Assembly: GCA_016748015.1 (NCBI GenBank)
Contig: JAAOMT010000591.1
Location: 543,050-607,049 of the forward strand
Source: Geosiphon pyriformis uo1
Taxonomy: Eukaryota; Fungi; Glomeromycota
Length of the DNA stretch: 64,000 nt
Direction of reading: 5' to 3'
The notes beneath the pieces were generated by a model. The model was not told the origin of the DNA, searched no databases, and was given only the letters and a program-made list of their open reading frames with translations. Made by a program: the position numbers and the translations under genes. The stretch's first letter is position 1, and every line of letters starts with the position of its first letter. Positions 1 through 14,040 of the stretch are shown in pieces.

Positions 1-20
1 CCAAACCAAACCAAACCAAA
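1..20. repeat. (CCAAA)4 microsatellite at the window edge, followed by very AT-rich low-complexity DNA to ~760
   Basis: ccaaa x4 at 1-20. The following ~740 bp is almost free of G/C, like the decayed repeat zone at 17300-19290. Confidence 0.6.
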
Positions 21-959
21 TTTTTATTTTATTTTTACAGTTATTAACAGTTTTTAAGACTTTGTTTTTTATTTGTAAACTTAAATTAATAATATATAAT
101 TTTATATATATAATTTAATTTAAACCATAATTATATTTATAAAGTTAAAGCAAATATTAAAGTTTTTTTAAATTTAATAGATTAATTAATATTGTTTTTA
201 TTGTTTTTTGTTATTTTGTGTTTTTTACTACCAATAATTTTGGCAACTTAAACAATATTTTTTAATTAAAAATGTTTATTAATTGGCTGCAAAATTAATT
301 TGATTAGATTTAACATATTTGATTATTATTTTTGTTATAACTTAATTAATTATATTTTACATATTTTAAATTTTTCAAATTTAAATACAATTATTTTAAT
401 TGTAATTTTTAAAATACCTAAATTACAATAACATATTGTATTATATAAGCTTTTAATATTTTTTATTTATTAAAAAAAAATTGAAAATATAGCTGTAAAT
501 ATTAATTTTTTTTTCACAAATTAATTAAAATTTATTTGATTGAATTATTTATGCTAATTATTATAAAAAATTTGAACCATTTAATTTGTATACAAATCTT
601 TTCATATCACACCATCTTATTTATAATAATTAAAATTTATTTAATAAAAATTTTATTACATTTACAATTTTTTGTATTAAAACTATATTTTGTTGCTAAA
701 TTTAAAAATCGTTGTTTCATGAATAATTGAAATTTTACCTTAAAACAAAATATCATATCCATTGCATGCAATATAATTTTCTGTTGCAGCAATTCGGCTC
801 CTTGGGAATGATCTACACGCAATCCATTCAATTTTTTGATTTTACATAATAAGCATGATCTACTTCGTTAATTGTCGTTACCCGGCGCTTTCTCCGGTTA
901 AAATAGTTTCCACGACGAGAGGACTATCAAAAGGGGAACCTTACTTTCGTTTAAGTTTG

Positions 960-3900
960 ATGAGCGGAACAATAAACGGGTTAGGTGTCAACTTAACGGA
1001 GGCCAAGGCAATAGTCTCTGTTAGCAGTGGGGTAGTTGAAAGTGAAAATTCACCTGCTTTCATTCCCAGGGAAGAAGAGTCGCCTCAGGGTAGGTCTATC
1101 GACGAAAAGAAGTTTTCAGGATTTACTTTTACTTATTTCCTTTAAAAAGCCACTCAAAGTTTCTTTCGAAATAAATTAAATCCACTTGGAAGCTGAGCCC
1201 TTGCATTTTAATTGTGCAAAATAAGACGAAAACTAGTTAAATCTGAGCGGTTTTATCGTCTATTTTGTAAGATAAAATATCGCGTTCCTCCCATTGGTTC
1301 CAGGGAGGAATAAAAGCTATATTCTATGTTTTGGTGACTATAAAAACATATATAATCAGCTAATTCATAGCTATCAAATCCCATAGCAATTACCCTTTAT
1401 CAAGCCGCACAACAAGGAAATCTACACGTTATTAAACATCTGATCGAAAGCGGTCAGGCGAAAGCTACTGATCGAGATGCTCAGGATGTTACTGCTTTGC
1501 ATTGGGCTGCAATTAATAATCACGTCTTGGTAGCTAAATATCTGATCGATCATGGTGCCGAAGTGGACGCGCTGGGTGGAGACCTAGTTGCAACACCTTT
1601 GCATTGGGCTTCAAGGTTTGTTGTTCAACTATAGAATTCTTCAGGACTTCAGTTTTTTAATCTAAGATATTACGCTAACATTATAATCTTTGCTATCTGA
1701 AATCAAAATATTCAAGAAATGGCCATCTCCCTATGTTGACTCTTTTAATCAATCACGGCGCCAATCCAAATATCCAAGATTCCCAAGGCTTTAATGGCCT
1801 CCATCTCGCAACACATTCTTCCAACACTCTCCTTGTGTTGTATCTACTATATCAAGATATGGACATTGATGCTCCAGATGCTCTTCAACATACGGCTTTG
1901 ATGTGGGCAGCATATCAGGGTGATGCATCGACTGTAGATTTGTTAATTCGTTTTGGAGCATCTTTGGAGAAACGAGACAGTGCACAGTTCACCCCATTAC
2001 ATTGGGCAATAGTTAAAGGGAATAATATGTGTCTCAGAAAATTGCTTGAAGCTGGAGCAGATATTGATGCAAAAGAGGAACATGGAAAGACTCCTGCCGA
2101 TATGGCTAGAGAAATGAAAGCGGTTAAAATTTGGGAAAGAGCGTTAAGTGAGTCGGGACGAAAAAAAGGCAGCAAAGCGAAACCTTATTTATTTGATCAG
2201 GTATCCTAATTGTGCTAAGTTCATTTTTAATTTTCGAGAATTTTTTTAATATACCTTGTACCCTAATTTACTTATTCTTCAATAATTTATCAGCGTACAA
2301 CGCACACTATTATATACTTCCTGCCCTTTATTATACTTCCAATGACTTTGCAAACCTTGTCTCATTTTCCTTGGTTCATAGGATTACCGTTTGCAATCGC
2401 AGAATTTATGGGATGTCATTTTGCGATATTTCGAATTCTTATTCGGGCCAAGATACAGGATGCGATGATGAGAACACCATATTTCACTAGTATTTTCCAA
2501 GCAAGCGCTTTTTGGGTCGCAATCACATGGATATCGAAATTGGTCATGCGTATCCTTATTAATTGTTTGTAATATCCATTTATATTTATTTATATTGCAG
2601 AATTCTTGACAAAGTAATTGTAACAATACACTCGAAAAAAGCCACTTCATATTTGTATATCGCCAATATCATATTCTTTTCTTCATACATCAGCGCCATG
2701 TATTCTTTCTATAAGGCGGTTTTGGCTGATCCTGGGTTTGTGCCCAAGTTGAGTTCTCAAGAAGAGCAAAAAAAGGTGAATAATTTCCTTCACTACTATC
2801 CAATACGTTTGGGGAAAATTTAAAATTCACAAAAATTTAAAATTCAGTTAGTTATCGATCTATCTAACAAGGGAATGTTGGATCAGAGGCATTTTTGTAT
2901 CACTTGTTTGGTAAATATACAATATTTGAATTTTATATTTCCATAATACATATTATAATTACGAGTTTTTTATACGAAAATAGATAAAAAAACCACTAAG
3001 ATCTAAACATTGTAAAATATGCAATAGATGTGTGGCGCGATTTGATCAGTAGGTTGAAATTTTGATGCTTGAATTTTTTGTCTTTTTCCTGGATTTCAAA
3101 AGTTGATCTCATCCTCACATCCCAAGTCATTGTCCATGGATTTTTAATTGTATTGGCGTGAGGAATCATCGAGCTTTCATGTTCTTTCTACTTATGATGG
3201 TCATAGCAATCTCCAGCTACATGTATTTAACTTATCAGTGTGAGTAATGAAACATTTGTTATATGATTAAACTTTTATTTATTGGGATTGCTATTTCTTA
3301 TTCGCAATAATTGAACGTTAAGAATTTTTATTCACCAGATTTATTAGATGGATCACCTGCGTATGAACCAATCCCCCAGCAACCATGCCTTTTGACAACC
3401 ACACTTTGTGGCTTCTTCCAATATGACTCATGGACATCATCCTTGACGATTTGGGTTGGAATACAACTTTCTTGGAGTCTTGGATTGTTATTTATGCAAA
3501 GCTTACAAATTGCTTCTGCTAAAACTACTAATGAAATGGCAAATTTCCACCGCTACTCATATTTTGGCCAACGCACGGGTTCGAATGTCAGGGAACAAAT
3601 CATGGCAACTTTAGCCGGAGGACCTGGTGCGGCAGATGCAGCCCAAGTTGGTGATCACGGTGAAAATGATGTGACTGGAGGGGGGAGTGAGGAAGGCGGA
3701 TTTGGAGATTATGCACGTGTAGCGGGGGATGATTATGTTGTTGGAGATTCTAATCACAATCATCAACATAATCATGGATTTATGAGGTTATTCGGATCCA
3801 GAACGAGAAGTGGAGGACACCGAAATCATCACGTTAATTCGGGTAATCCCTTTGATTTTGGTTGTTGGAACAACTGTATAGACTTTTGGACTGAGGGTCG

Positions 3901-4030
3901 TAACGGGATGTTACACAATGTAGATTGGTTAGGATTATTTGATGTCCCGCTGGTTGAAAGAAATAAGAATGTTTCAATGCGACGAAGTGGTGGCTATGTG
4001 GCGGTACAAGGAGATGAGGAAAATGTATAA
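960..4030 (+). CDS. AKR1: Ankyrin-repeat DHHC palmitoyltransferase (Akr1-like), multi-exon
   Basis: Putative exon 1 960-1089 (GTAGGT donor) joins in phase to exon 2 at 1387 ([11 protein letters not shown]). Ankyrin repeats [43 protein letters not shown] segments, then [27 protein letters not shown] (DHHC split by an intron), TTNE and NPFD motifs. Stop 4028-4030. Start exon is less certain. Confidence 0.9.
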
Positions 4031-4235
4031 TTTTTGTATTTTTAGAAATTAAAAATATTTTCCGAAATTATCGTTATCAAGATTAGTAGAATCAATCAAT
4101 CAAAATTAAAAATTTAGAATATTTATAAATTGGAAATGAGTGATCATTACTTTAAATCATAGATTGTCTAAATCTCGCTCAGAATTCAAATTGTTTTGAA
4201 GTTTTCATTTTAGTATTGCCGAGTCCTTAAAACAA

Positions 4236-6155
4236 ATGGCTTCAGAAAATTCTGGTTCGGAGTGGTCGCCTTCTTCTTGGCAAACAAAGCCAATTATGCA
4301 GGACGTTATCTACGAGAATCCTGCCCACTTGAAAGAAGTTTTGGCCAAATTATCACACTTACCCCCGCTGGTATCTCCTGCTGAGGTAATTTTAACTTCA
4401 AAATACAAAGTTCTTACAAAATTTTTTAACAAATGATTTTTATGAACACTAGATAAAAAAGCTTCGAGATCAGTTAAAGCAAGTTGCTACACGAAAAGCC
4501 TTCCTATTACAAGGTGGTGATTGCGCTGAACTTTTTGAATACTGTTCTCAAGTAGTTTGAATAATCTATCGCCTTTTATTTGTGGCAATCACATCATCGA
4601 TTTTTTGCTAACCAACTCTGATCACGTGATTAAAAATAAGGAACCCATTGAATCAAAGCTCAAAGTTCTTTTGCAAATGAGTTTGGTGCTAACTTGGGGT
4701 GCTAGAATTCCGGTAGTTAGAATCGCACGAATGGCTGGACAATATGCGAAACCGCGATCAAAACCCACAGAAATTCATGAGGGTAAAGAAATATTTGCAT
4801 TCAGAGGGGATAATGTTAATGGATTCGATCCATCAGATAGAAAACCGGATCCGGAACGGCTTGTGGGGTAAGTATATATTAATAATTACTTTGGCGGCCA
4901 TTTAATTTGTGAATGCTATTTAATAAAATCTGCTACTCTAGAGCCTACTTTCATTCGGCTGCAACAATCAACTACATACGCGCAATATTGAGTTCCGGAT
5001 TCGCCGGTACTTTTAACTTTGCCCATCTTTTTTAATCTCGACAATTCCACTGATGCATCTCAATAAAAGATCTTCACAGACCAAGCGAATGGTCCCTTCG
5101 TCATGTCCGTTCTAATGGGATTCGTCAAGAATATCAAAATATTGTAGACCGTCTAACTGACTCTCTCGACTTTATGAAAACAATCGGAGCTGACTCACCT
5201 ATCTCGCCTTTTTCTTCCCCCTTAAATAGCGTTGATTTGTTCACCTCACATGAAGGGCTTCTTTTGGAATACGAACAAAGTCTAACTAGGCAGTTCAAAG
5301 ATCCAGAAACTGAAGAGTTGAAGTGGTACAACATTGGTACCCACTTTTTATGGATTGGTGATCGAACTCGAAAGCTTGATGGAGCACATGTCGAATATTT
5401 CCGTGGAATTGAAAATCCGATTGGAATTAAAGTTGGTCCGAGTATGCAAACCCACGAACTTAAAGATTTGTTAGATATAGTGAACCCTCAAAAAGAGATT
5501 GGTAAAGTCACTTTGATCACTAGATACGGAGCAACCGAGGTAAGTACCAATTCAGAACATATTTTCAGTCAAAAAACACAGAAGTCTTATAAATACATTA
5601 TAACTTAATCAGGTTGAAAAACATTTACCGGGGCACATTCAGGCTATAAAAAAATCTGGTCATGTTGTTGTCTGGGCTTGTGATCCGATGCACGGAAAGT
5701 ATGTAGATATATTTTTGCTAACTCGGAAATTTTTCAATCTCTATATTATTTCTTTTTTTGTCACCAGTACCAAGCAGTCGATCTCTGGCGTGAAAACGCG
5801 ATATTTTGACGCAATAATTGAGGAACTATCTAAAACAATACGTGTTCACAAAGCGAATGATAGCCAGGTTAATGGTGTCCATTTTGAGCTGACCGGCGAT
5901 AGAGTAACAGGTAAGGAAAGTTTCCAAGGAATCCTTTGTTTTTAAAATATAGCAAAAATGTGTTGACTCTAAAATTCGATTTTTCATACACAAGAATGTA
6001 TTGGAGGGTCGATGCAATTGTCCGACTCCGATCTTGCGTCAAATTATAAAACACATTGCGACCCAAGGTTGAATTATGAGCAGAGTCTGGATGTTGCCTT
6101 CTTAATTGCAAAATATTATGAGAAAGAAAGGGTTGGACATATGCCCAGTCTATGA
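4236..6155 (+). CDS. Class II (AroA-II) DAHP synthase, phospho-2-dehydro-3-deoxyheptonate aldolase, multi-exon
   Basis: WSPSSWQTKP, LPPLV, FLLQGGDCAE, RMAGQYAKPRS, FRGDNVNG, TSHEGLLLEYE, HFLWIGDRTR, NPIGIKVGP, CDPMHG, GVHFELTG, CDPRLNYEQSL. GT-AG introns; stop TGA 6153-6155. Confidence 0.95.
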
Positions 6156-7230
6156 ATACAATTGTGAAATTTTAATTCAAAAATCCTAAAATAAATTACT
6201 TTCATTAGCTGAGCTTAAAACATCCCAAACTTTTTTTTCTGGCAGGCTTATCTTCTGATATCCTGAACAATCCAGAGTGAAATTTCGAATGGACTAGTTT
6301 ATAGCAGTGAAGCTTCAACCAAATGGCCAGTTTCTTGATTGTCATTAGTATGGCCAACCTGAAAGTCGGGTAAAATAAAATAACAACCAAACCTTTTTTG
6401 ATTGAATCTTTTACACTATCTATTAGGTCTTCAATTTCAGGTTCGATTGTAACTGTTCTTATTGAAGGATCTTTAAAATTGCGAATGCCGTATAACTTTG
6501 CAAAGCGTGAAAATCCATCGTAACCTGTCGAAAAATAGGATTGTTGGTGTGCACCACTTTATCAAAAGCAATGAATATGTTTTCTCAGCCCCACATGTTT
6601 TATCCTAATAATAGTGAGCATGAAACTTGTGTATCAACGAATGATATTTACATCAATAGCCTCGCACTGCAATCACCCTTTCGAATTTACAAAGCCGACA
6701 CCAAGCTCCAAATGTAGGCTTGGAAGTTGATTATCTTGGCATTTTTTTGATAGAGAAGGTTGTTGTACACAATGTGTAAGTCAACAGATAAAAATTTTGA
6801 AGACTGAAGAACGTTGAAACAATTTATACATGGTCTTGAAATTCTATGTGCATACTTACATAACATTAAACATGGGGAGAAATTAAAAATGACGCAAAAA
6901 CAAAATTCTTTATTTGATTAATTATAGAATACACGAGAAAAAAATAATTCTAGCAAATCATTCATTTCAATCAAATTAAAAAATTAAAGGATTTTATTTG
7001 GATTGAAGTTCCAATTACTGTAAAAATCTACTAAAAATCAAGCTATGCACAAGATATGATTATTATATGGTACAAATAGGCTGGATAAATTCTCGGCGGA
7101 GAAAAATCCACATGTTATCCAAAATTTTGTAGAGTGATGATCAAAGCAAATAATCCATTATAGAAACTTTTTTCCAAGAAATAATATATGACATCATTAT
7201 TGTCAAATGTTCATTCCTTTTTCAAGTGTT

Positions 7231-10200
7231 TTACATTTTCACCCGCTTTTGTTTTGCTTGATGTGTTGCAGCGTGCACGTCTACCACATCCAAAGGTCGT
7301 TTCATCTGGGAATACATTTTTTTCTCGTTATATGGCTTTCGTCCCGCTTCACCAACCATCCCTGCGTCCGGTTGATTGTACATCATGTTCATCATGGGAC
7401 CTGACATATCGAGGGCGTGTGGATTATGATATTGTTGTTCCATCGACGGGAAGGATGCAGGAATCCCAAGTGCGTTCGGATAGGGAGCCATTCTATTGTA
7501 AGGATATTGCATTGGAGGTGTGAACAACGGCTGGTGGAAGGAATAGTCTGTGTTAGGAGCGTATCCATATGGACGAGGATAATTGCTGTACCTGTTTTTG
7601 TTTCAAAATAATTTTAGATCATGTTAAAATAATTTTTGGAATTAGGTATTCCTGCTACCCAATCAAAGGATTCTCATCAATAGTGAAATTCTTTTTTTTT
7701 TGAATACTTGCCCATGCCCATATGAAGCGTACATGTTTTCGGGAACATCAGGAGCAATGTAATCCATACTCTCATCAAAATATTCATTGCCCAGTCCTCC
7801 AACGCCACTATAAAAGTTTCCCGATAGTGATACGCCATTCATCATCATATTTGGGTTGATAGGTTGACGACGATGAGGGGGTTCCATCATCATATAGTTT
7901 GCATGCGGCGTAGCACCTTCCCAATATTCTTCTTGGTATGCGGAATTGTTGGGTAACATTGTCGGATATTGTTGATCCGCATGTAAACCAGCGTAATCTT
8001 TGCGAATATTATTATTACCTTGATTATAATTACCATCGCTACTTTTATTATTATTTGCATTAATATCAGTGTCTTTGATGTCACTACTACCATTAATATT
8101 ATGTGTGCGTGACTGGAAGCATAATAATTGAAATTGATTAGAAAACACCATGTAATAGAATTTGAGTTTTCATTAATACAAGCGGGTCAAAGGTGCTTAC
8201 TTGTTGATTGGGCGGTTGCTCTCGTTTCTTTGCAACATTTTCACCATCATGGACAACTTTGTTGTCGGTAATCATGTTTTTACCATCATTTGTGTTTGAG
8301 TTACTAATATCATTGACCTTAATATTAATAAAAATTTTATTTTGATCTTTCATTTTCTTCTTAGCTTCTAACCTTGATGATGCTATTGATTGAACTTTAA
8401 AAGAGGGCACGTCACTCTTTTCACCATTATCGCTACTGCTGACGAGACTTGAAGTCAAACTCCCTCGACGATGCCCTTGATGAGTATTCTCGTTATCTTC
8501 GTTATCTTCAATTTTTGGAGGCGTTTGTGGGGTAGAAGTAGCTGAAGGCTCTTGGCTGTTGCTTTTTAATTTGATTGTATAGTCACGTAAATAGAAGTCA
8601 ACTTCTTTTCGCAATGAATGACTGCGTATAAGATTGTCAGGAGTTTGATTTGTTTCGTGACAATTTGGACAGCTAAAGTCATGTTCTAGCAAATAATTTC
8701 GAATGCAATCATCACAATAGCTAACTCTGCAACATGGAATTGTGACGGCTTCACGGAAAAGGTGATGACATAGTCGGCACTCCAATTCGGGCTTATTAAC
8801 GGGAACCTGTTCATAAACGTCCCCATTACCTAAAGTGGAGCGCGTGAAAGCTTTATGCTTTTCCCATGAGGCTCTGGAATTTTTTTCAATCGAATTCAGG
8901 TTATAAATTAACTTGAAAAAACTGAATGATACAATATAATTGAAAAGGAGCACTCACTCATCGGCGATTGCCACCACAAGGCCCCCTTGAGGTGTCACCA
9001 TTAAACCCCCAGGTCCATCTTTCTTAGGCTCATTGACCTCTTTAAGAAAGCTTCGAGGAATTCCAGTTGTGCGTTTAATACGAGGTTGTTTATCATATTC
9101 TTTATCGCCATTCGTCGGGCAATTATTAATATAATGTCCTGATTTTACAGAGGTTTGAAAATATTTGTTATTGGATTTATGAAAATTAGTTTACCATTAA
9201 TGATACTCTCTATATATAAATCGATCTATACCTCTGTTTCCACATCGGAAACAAACGTAATTTGCTGGGGGTATTCGCTGTGGAGTATTTTGTTGATGAT
9301 GTGGATGATTTTGTGGTCTTCTACGATGATTACTGTTATAGATTGGTGTTGCTTCTGCCATTTTTTCTTGTTGTTGAGCCCATTGTTCGCTTGTTTGTTG
9401 GAACATGGCCCTTATTTTGGCCTCTTCTGAATCGTCATCACCATGAGCAGAAGCGATTGACGTGGTCTTTGGCTGTTCAGGCATCGATTTGGGTATCGTT
9501 TGTTCAGGCTGTTATCCAAGGTAAAGGAAATGAAACAAAAATTAAACACACATTTACAAGCCAAATATTTAAGAGATCAAAGCGAATTGAGCTCGTACCT
9601 TTGAAATTGGGCCATTTTTACCGCCAAATGTGACACTCATTTTACCGTGAGCAATTGGTGGACCATTAACGCGATTTCTTGTATTGGGCATGTATCCGTT
9701 GACATATTTCTGTGCGGTACCCTTTCCAGGCTTTGATGCTGGTAAACGACGGACTATCACCGAGGCTGAACGGGGAATGATATAATTGTCATCCGTATAT
9801 TCTAAGCAGATGATGTTACAACCAAAAGGGGAATACGAGAAAACAAGAGATGGTAAATCAGTTATCAACAAACAGTTAGAAAGCGAGCAATTTCTAATGT
9901 ATTCTTTGGTAATTTTCTCTGATGAGTAGGCACTCCCATGAGGGTAGTTAGTATTGACTTGTTGGATATTTTGGGAAATGACCACCAGAAAATTGGATTA
10001 GATTCCCCAGGAAACAGTACAAGAATAATTTATTTTCTCAAGCGTTTCTCTTGGAATTTTTTCAAGGGAATTAAATACAAATGGATGATGATTGGTCCTT
10101 TTGCGAAAGAACTTTCATATTTTGATCGAGCTCAGAACATAGTATTTTGAAGGGAGAAAGAAATTTGTAAAAAGTATATTTTAGAAAATTGGAGGATTAC

Positions 10201-10630
10201 AGCAATTATTACAAGTGAAGTGGGAGATGTATGATAATATATAGGACAGCATGTTGTACAGAGGCAAGGGAGAAGTTGAAGAGCTAAATAGAAACAAATT
10301 TTCGAGCCGAAAAAATATATTTCTTGCGTACAGAGCTAGTCACTGACCCCCAAGCAACATTCCCAAGTCTTACAAGTTAAGATGTATTTAAAATACATGC
10401 TGTGAATTATTTCCTAGTCTAAAGAGATCTTAGAAAGTCTTCCAGTCATTCATACCTTCATCGGTTTGAGGATTATAAAGGGCAAGGTCAAAATCGGTTC
10501 CTTTCCCAAGTTTCTGCCCTACTATTATTTCTTTCTTGAGGTCAAATACAGATATACCTGTCCCATCAAAATTGCACACAGCATGGTCTTTCTGAGACTT
10601 GAATTTATAATAAACCACCCCGCTGGACAT
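7231..10630 (-). CDS. MPE1: Mpe1/RBBP6-like cleavage and polyadenylation factor (DWNN ubiquitin-like + zinc knuckle + RING), multi-exon
   Basis: MSSGVVYYKFKSQKD...ISVFDLKKEI (DWNN), IPRSASVIVRRLP, PPANYVCFRCG/GHYINNCPT knuckle, RIKRTTGIPRSFL, ELECRLCHHLFREAVTIPCCRVSYCDDCI...CPNC RING. The 3' exons are low complexity, so the stop at 7231 is less certain. Confidence 0.88.
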
Positions 10631-11591
10631 TTTGTAAGCACCAAACAACAAAAAAATCTTTATTTTTTTCTTTTGTTCAAACAGACGACAGTGTTGAGTT
10701 GCGATTATTATGTGTACGAGTAGTTATTTTTTCTTGAGTAAAACCTCACACCGATTAAAATACAGATTATGAGAAACTATAGTTGTAGTTTTGGTTGAGT
10801 TGAAAGAGATGTTGGAACAAAAGTAAAGTAGTTAGTTATTTGTGTAAAGGTTGGGCACAATATGGTAATTGATTCAAAAACCACAATGGAAACGGTAGGG
10901 GCCATTAAATACCCCAATGAAACAGGCTCAGAGTCACCATGCGCCTATTGATGTGGCAGTGATGATAAGCCATACCTTTTATTAATAATAGTCTTTGACC
11001 AATGATAAACTGATTAATTGTTGAAGTAATAATAACAAAGCACACGTATATTTGGTTCATTAAATACATATTTAATCTGTAACAATATTAATTATTTTTA
11101 TTAAGACCATCAATGTTTTTAGGTTTTGCCAATTTTCGCCCAGGTCGTTAATTTAGATATTTTACCTCATGTACCGTTGCGAAAGCAATAGAAAAAATTA
11201 AATTAAATTATTTCAAAATTTTTTTTTTTATAATTATAAAATTATTATTTAAAATAAATGCAAATAATTTTTTTTGACACAAAATTAATTAGAAAAAAAT
11301 TAAAAATTAAAACGTTGAAAATTTGTTATTTCTAACCAAAAAATTAAGATAAAAGATTGTTTGTAACTGGAATAAAATCTCTCAATTTCCATAATTAGAA
11401 TTCTGTCCATAATAAAATATACATAAAAAAATAGTGAAATTACTCATTATCAAACCAAATTTTAAAGCATTATTCGAAGGTCAGAAATATTATCCTATTT
11501 AAAAGGTTTAAAAAGAGAAAATGTTTAATAATAACTTTGGAGCTCCTTGTATATCAAGTTTCTTTTACTTGGGACTAGAGATGAAAATCCC

Positions 11592-14040
11592 TCATTCATT
11601 GTTGGATGCGTCAGTCAACGACTCATAGAATTGTTTAACTTTAGGATGTACCATCACTTTATCTTGGTTAAAATTCAAAACCTGAAGTGTGCGAGCTGAT
11701 GTGGCCCGTGATAAGGCTACATACGCTTGACCTTTTTTTCAAAATAAATGGAAAGCTGTTAAACAAAATCTGTGCAAAAATATAGTGGAAGATTGTGTAG
11801 CTAAAGGTATTGTTACCTTTTTCAAACACGCGTCCTAGATCGACTTTGACACGTTCTAAAGTTTGTCCCTGACTTTTATGTATGCTAATTGCCCAAGCAG
11901 GGACCAATGGGATCTGGGTGCAAATGAAATATCAAACATTTTGTTTTATAATTAAATTTATTTCAGTGATTTCTTACCTGTCTTCGAACTGCAAGAACAA
12001 CCTCTCCAGGGCCTTCTAATTTCCATTCAGCTTCTTGAATGATTTCTTCTATTCCATTTGTGAATTTCACGATTGGATATAAATTAGCAGTAGTTTTCAC
12101 ATTTTCATCTTCGCCTTCGTAGTAATTCTTGCACTTCTGCATGTCTGCAAATCCTATTACTACACCACGACTTCCATTGACCAGATCCTTCGAAATGTTT
12201 TTTATCAGCATTACTTGGGCATCTTTCTTTAATTCCAATACTTCATAAGCTAAACAACTCTTCTTCAGAGTTTCCAATTGCCCCTGACGTCCCGGTTCGC
12301 AATCTTGGGCAATATATGTATGGCATTTCGATGGAAGCTGATCTAATCGAGTTTTATTGGCATTAGCTACCGAATCGTTACGTGCAAACCTAGCGGAATA
12401 ATTGTGAGGAAGCAAAATTTAAAATCTCTTTTAACTAGCCTGAAATTGGTAAAGACAAAGATTCAGTGTAGGAGGGGCGGCGGCAGCGGCGAAAATAAAA
12501 CTTACAATTCAGTAGGCTTGATACCATCATCAGGATATTCCGGGGCAGCCTTCAGACGGTCAACTAAATTCCAGGATTTGTCAGACAGTTTACCATACCT
12601 CAACTCGTTCAACATGACGATAAGTGCTAAAAGTGATGAAATAAATCTTGAAAGCTTTAAAGAAAGTAAAAGAATCAAGTAGTAAATTGGATAATTACCC
12701 GAGTCTTTTTGTCGAAAAATTTGTGTAAGTTGAACGGTGTGTTTCACTACTCGCCCCCATGATTTTGCCTCAAAACAGAATTTCGCATTGCCATCTTTTG
12801 AAACAGGGGGAAGCTGAAAAAAATCTCCAGTGATCACCAACTAGGTAAGCATCATAACTAATTAATTATTCTTGTCCATCTTCAGAATCATAAATGTAAC
12901 ATTATTGAAATAAACCTGAATGTTTCCAAAAGGTTTCTCGTTCTTGCGAATATCTCGAGCAATGCCTTCCAATTTGTCGAAAAGATCAGCGTCGAGCATT
13001 GACACTATGAATATATAAAATACAATTAAGTATCTAATAATATCAGTCATTAAATAAAATTTATGAAAATTACAAACCCTCATCAATGATCAGTACTTTA
13101 ACATCCTGCCATCGTTTGCGGACAATCGGGGTCCTCTTTATTTTTCGGAGAAGTTCTGCTTGTTGGCCTACTCCATGCCCAATTCCGGCAAAGGAGTGCA
13201 GGGTTATACCACTAACATTAACTGCCGCAATACCAGTTGTTGCGGTAACTGCCACATTCTCCGAACCATGCATTTGTTTAAGCCCATGAATAATCTTCTG
13301 CAATAAGATACTTTTTCCAGTACCTAGTTGAGAATTGAATTAAGTGGTTGATAGAGAATATATGGCGACAGAATGGTACGGAGATGAAATTTACCGGCAG
13401 ATCCCGTAAAAAAGGTACTTTCCCCGCTGTTTAAGACCAAATTAAGAACCCGCTGTTGCTCCTCTGACAGTTTAATACCATCGATGAGCAAGGGTTTGGG
13501 TTTTTTATTAAGTGCATGAGGATCGTGAAAGGCAAGAGTATCCAAATAGCGTTGCTTAGAACTTGGTTCCCAATCTTCTTCATCTGACCAAATGATATCT
13601 TTAGTGTTATAAAAATCAAAATCGTCCATCTTTTCTTTTTTAATTGGGACCGAAGGGGCTAATTTTTGAGGATTTTTAACCAAGGTATTTCGGGGAAAAG
13701 TTGATTTTAAGTCTGATAGTGGGGAGGACTTTGTTAATGGAATGGGACATGAGTCTTGTATAGAGCTTTGCGGGTTTTCTATGAGAGTTTTTGAGGTTTT
13801 TTTTAGCTCGGGACGAAAGTATGGATCGAGGGAATGATATTTCGTTAGAGAAGTGCTCTTGGGTTTGGCGTCGGCTTTTTTTTGGAGAAAAGTCTCGGCC
13901 TCAATTTTAGTGTTGAAGCCCTGAAAGACGGCACCAGCAAAGCCTCTGACTTGTTTTTGACACTCTTCCCAGGTAGGGTAAACTCCGGGCTCCTGTCCTT
14001 TAGCAACCGCGTAAAATTTTTTTCTTTGATATTTCGGCAT
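11592..14040 (-). CDS. PIF1: Pif1-family 5'-3' DNA helicase with an N-terminal RNase H1-type hybrid-binding (Cauli_VI) domain; possible upstream in-frame ATG at 14193
   Basis: N-terminus [35 protein letters not shown]. Helicase motifs [80 protein letters not shown]. Stop TGA at 11592-11594. Confidence 0.92.

Noticed and set aside
536-831. Short ORFs in AT-rich DNA (also 14637-15003, 17990-18910, 27396-27839)
   Set aside because: F/I/L/K/N-biased products of low-complexity or hypermutated DNA; those at 17990-18910 and 27396 are decayed TE relic.
6156-7230. Possible gene or RNA between the convergent DAHP synthase and MPE1 genes
   Set aside because: Only short ORFs, and no tRNA or snRNA hallmarks recognisable; probably 3' UTRs.
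11592-14040. Pif1 as part of a Helitron, or the Cauli_VI domain as a caulimovirus insertion
   Set aside because: No Rep/HUH domain or Helitron ends. The gene is intron-rich, retains CpG, is unmutated and lies among housekeeping genes.
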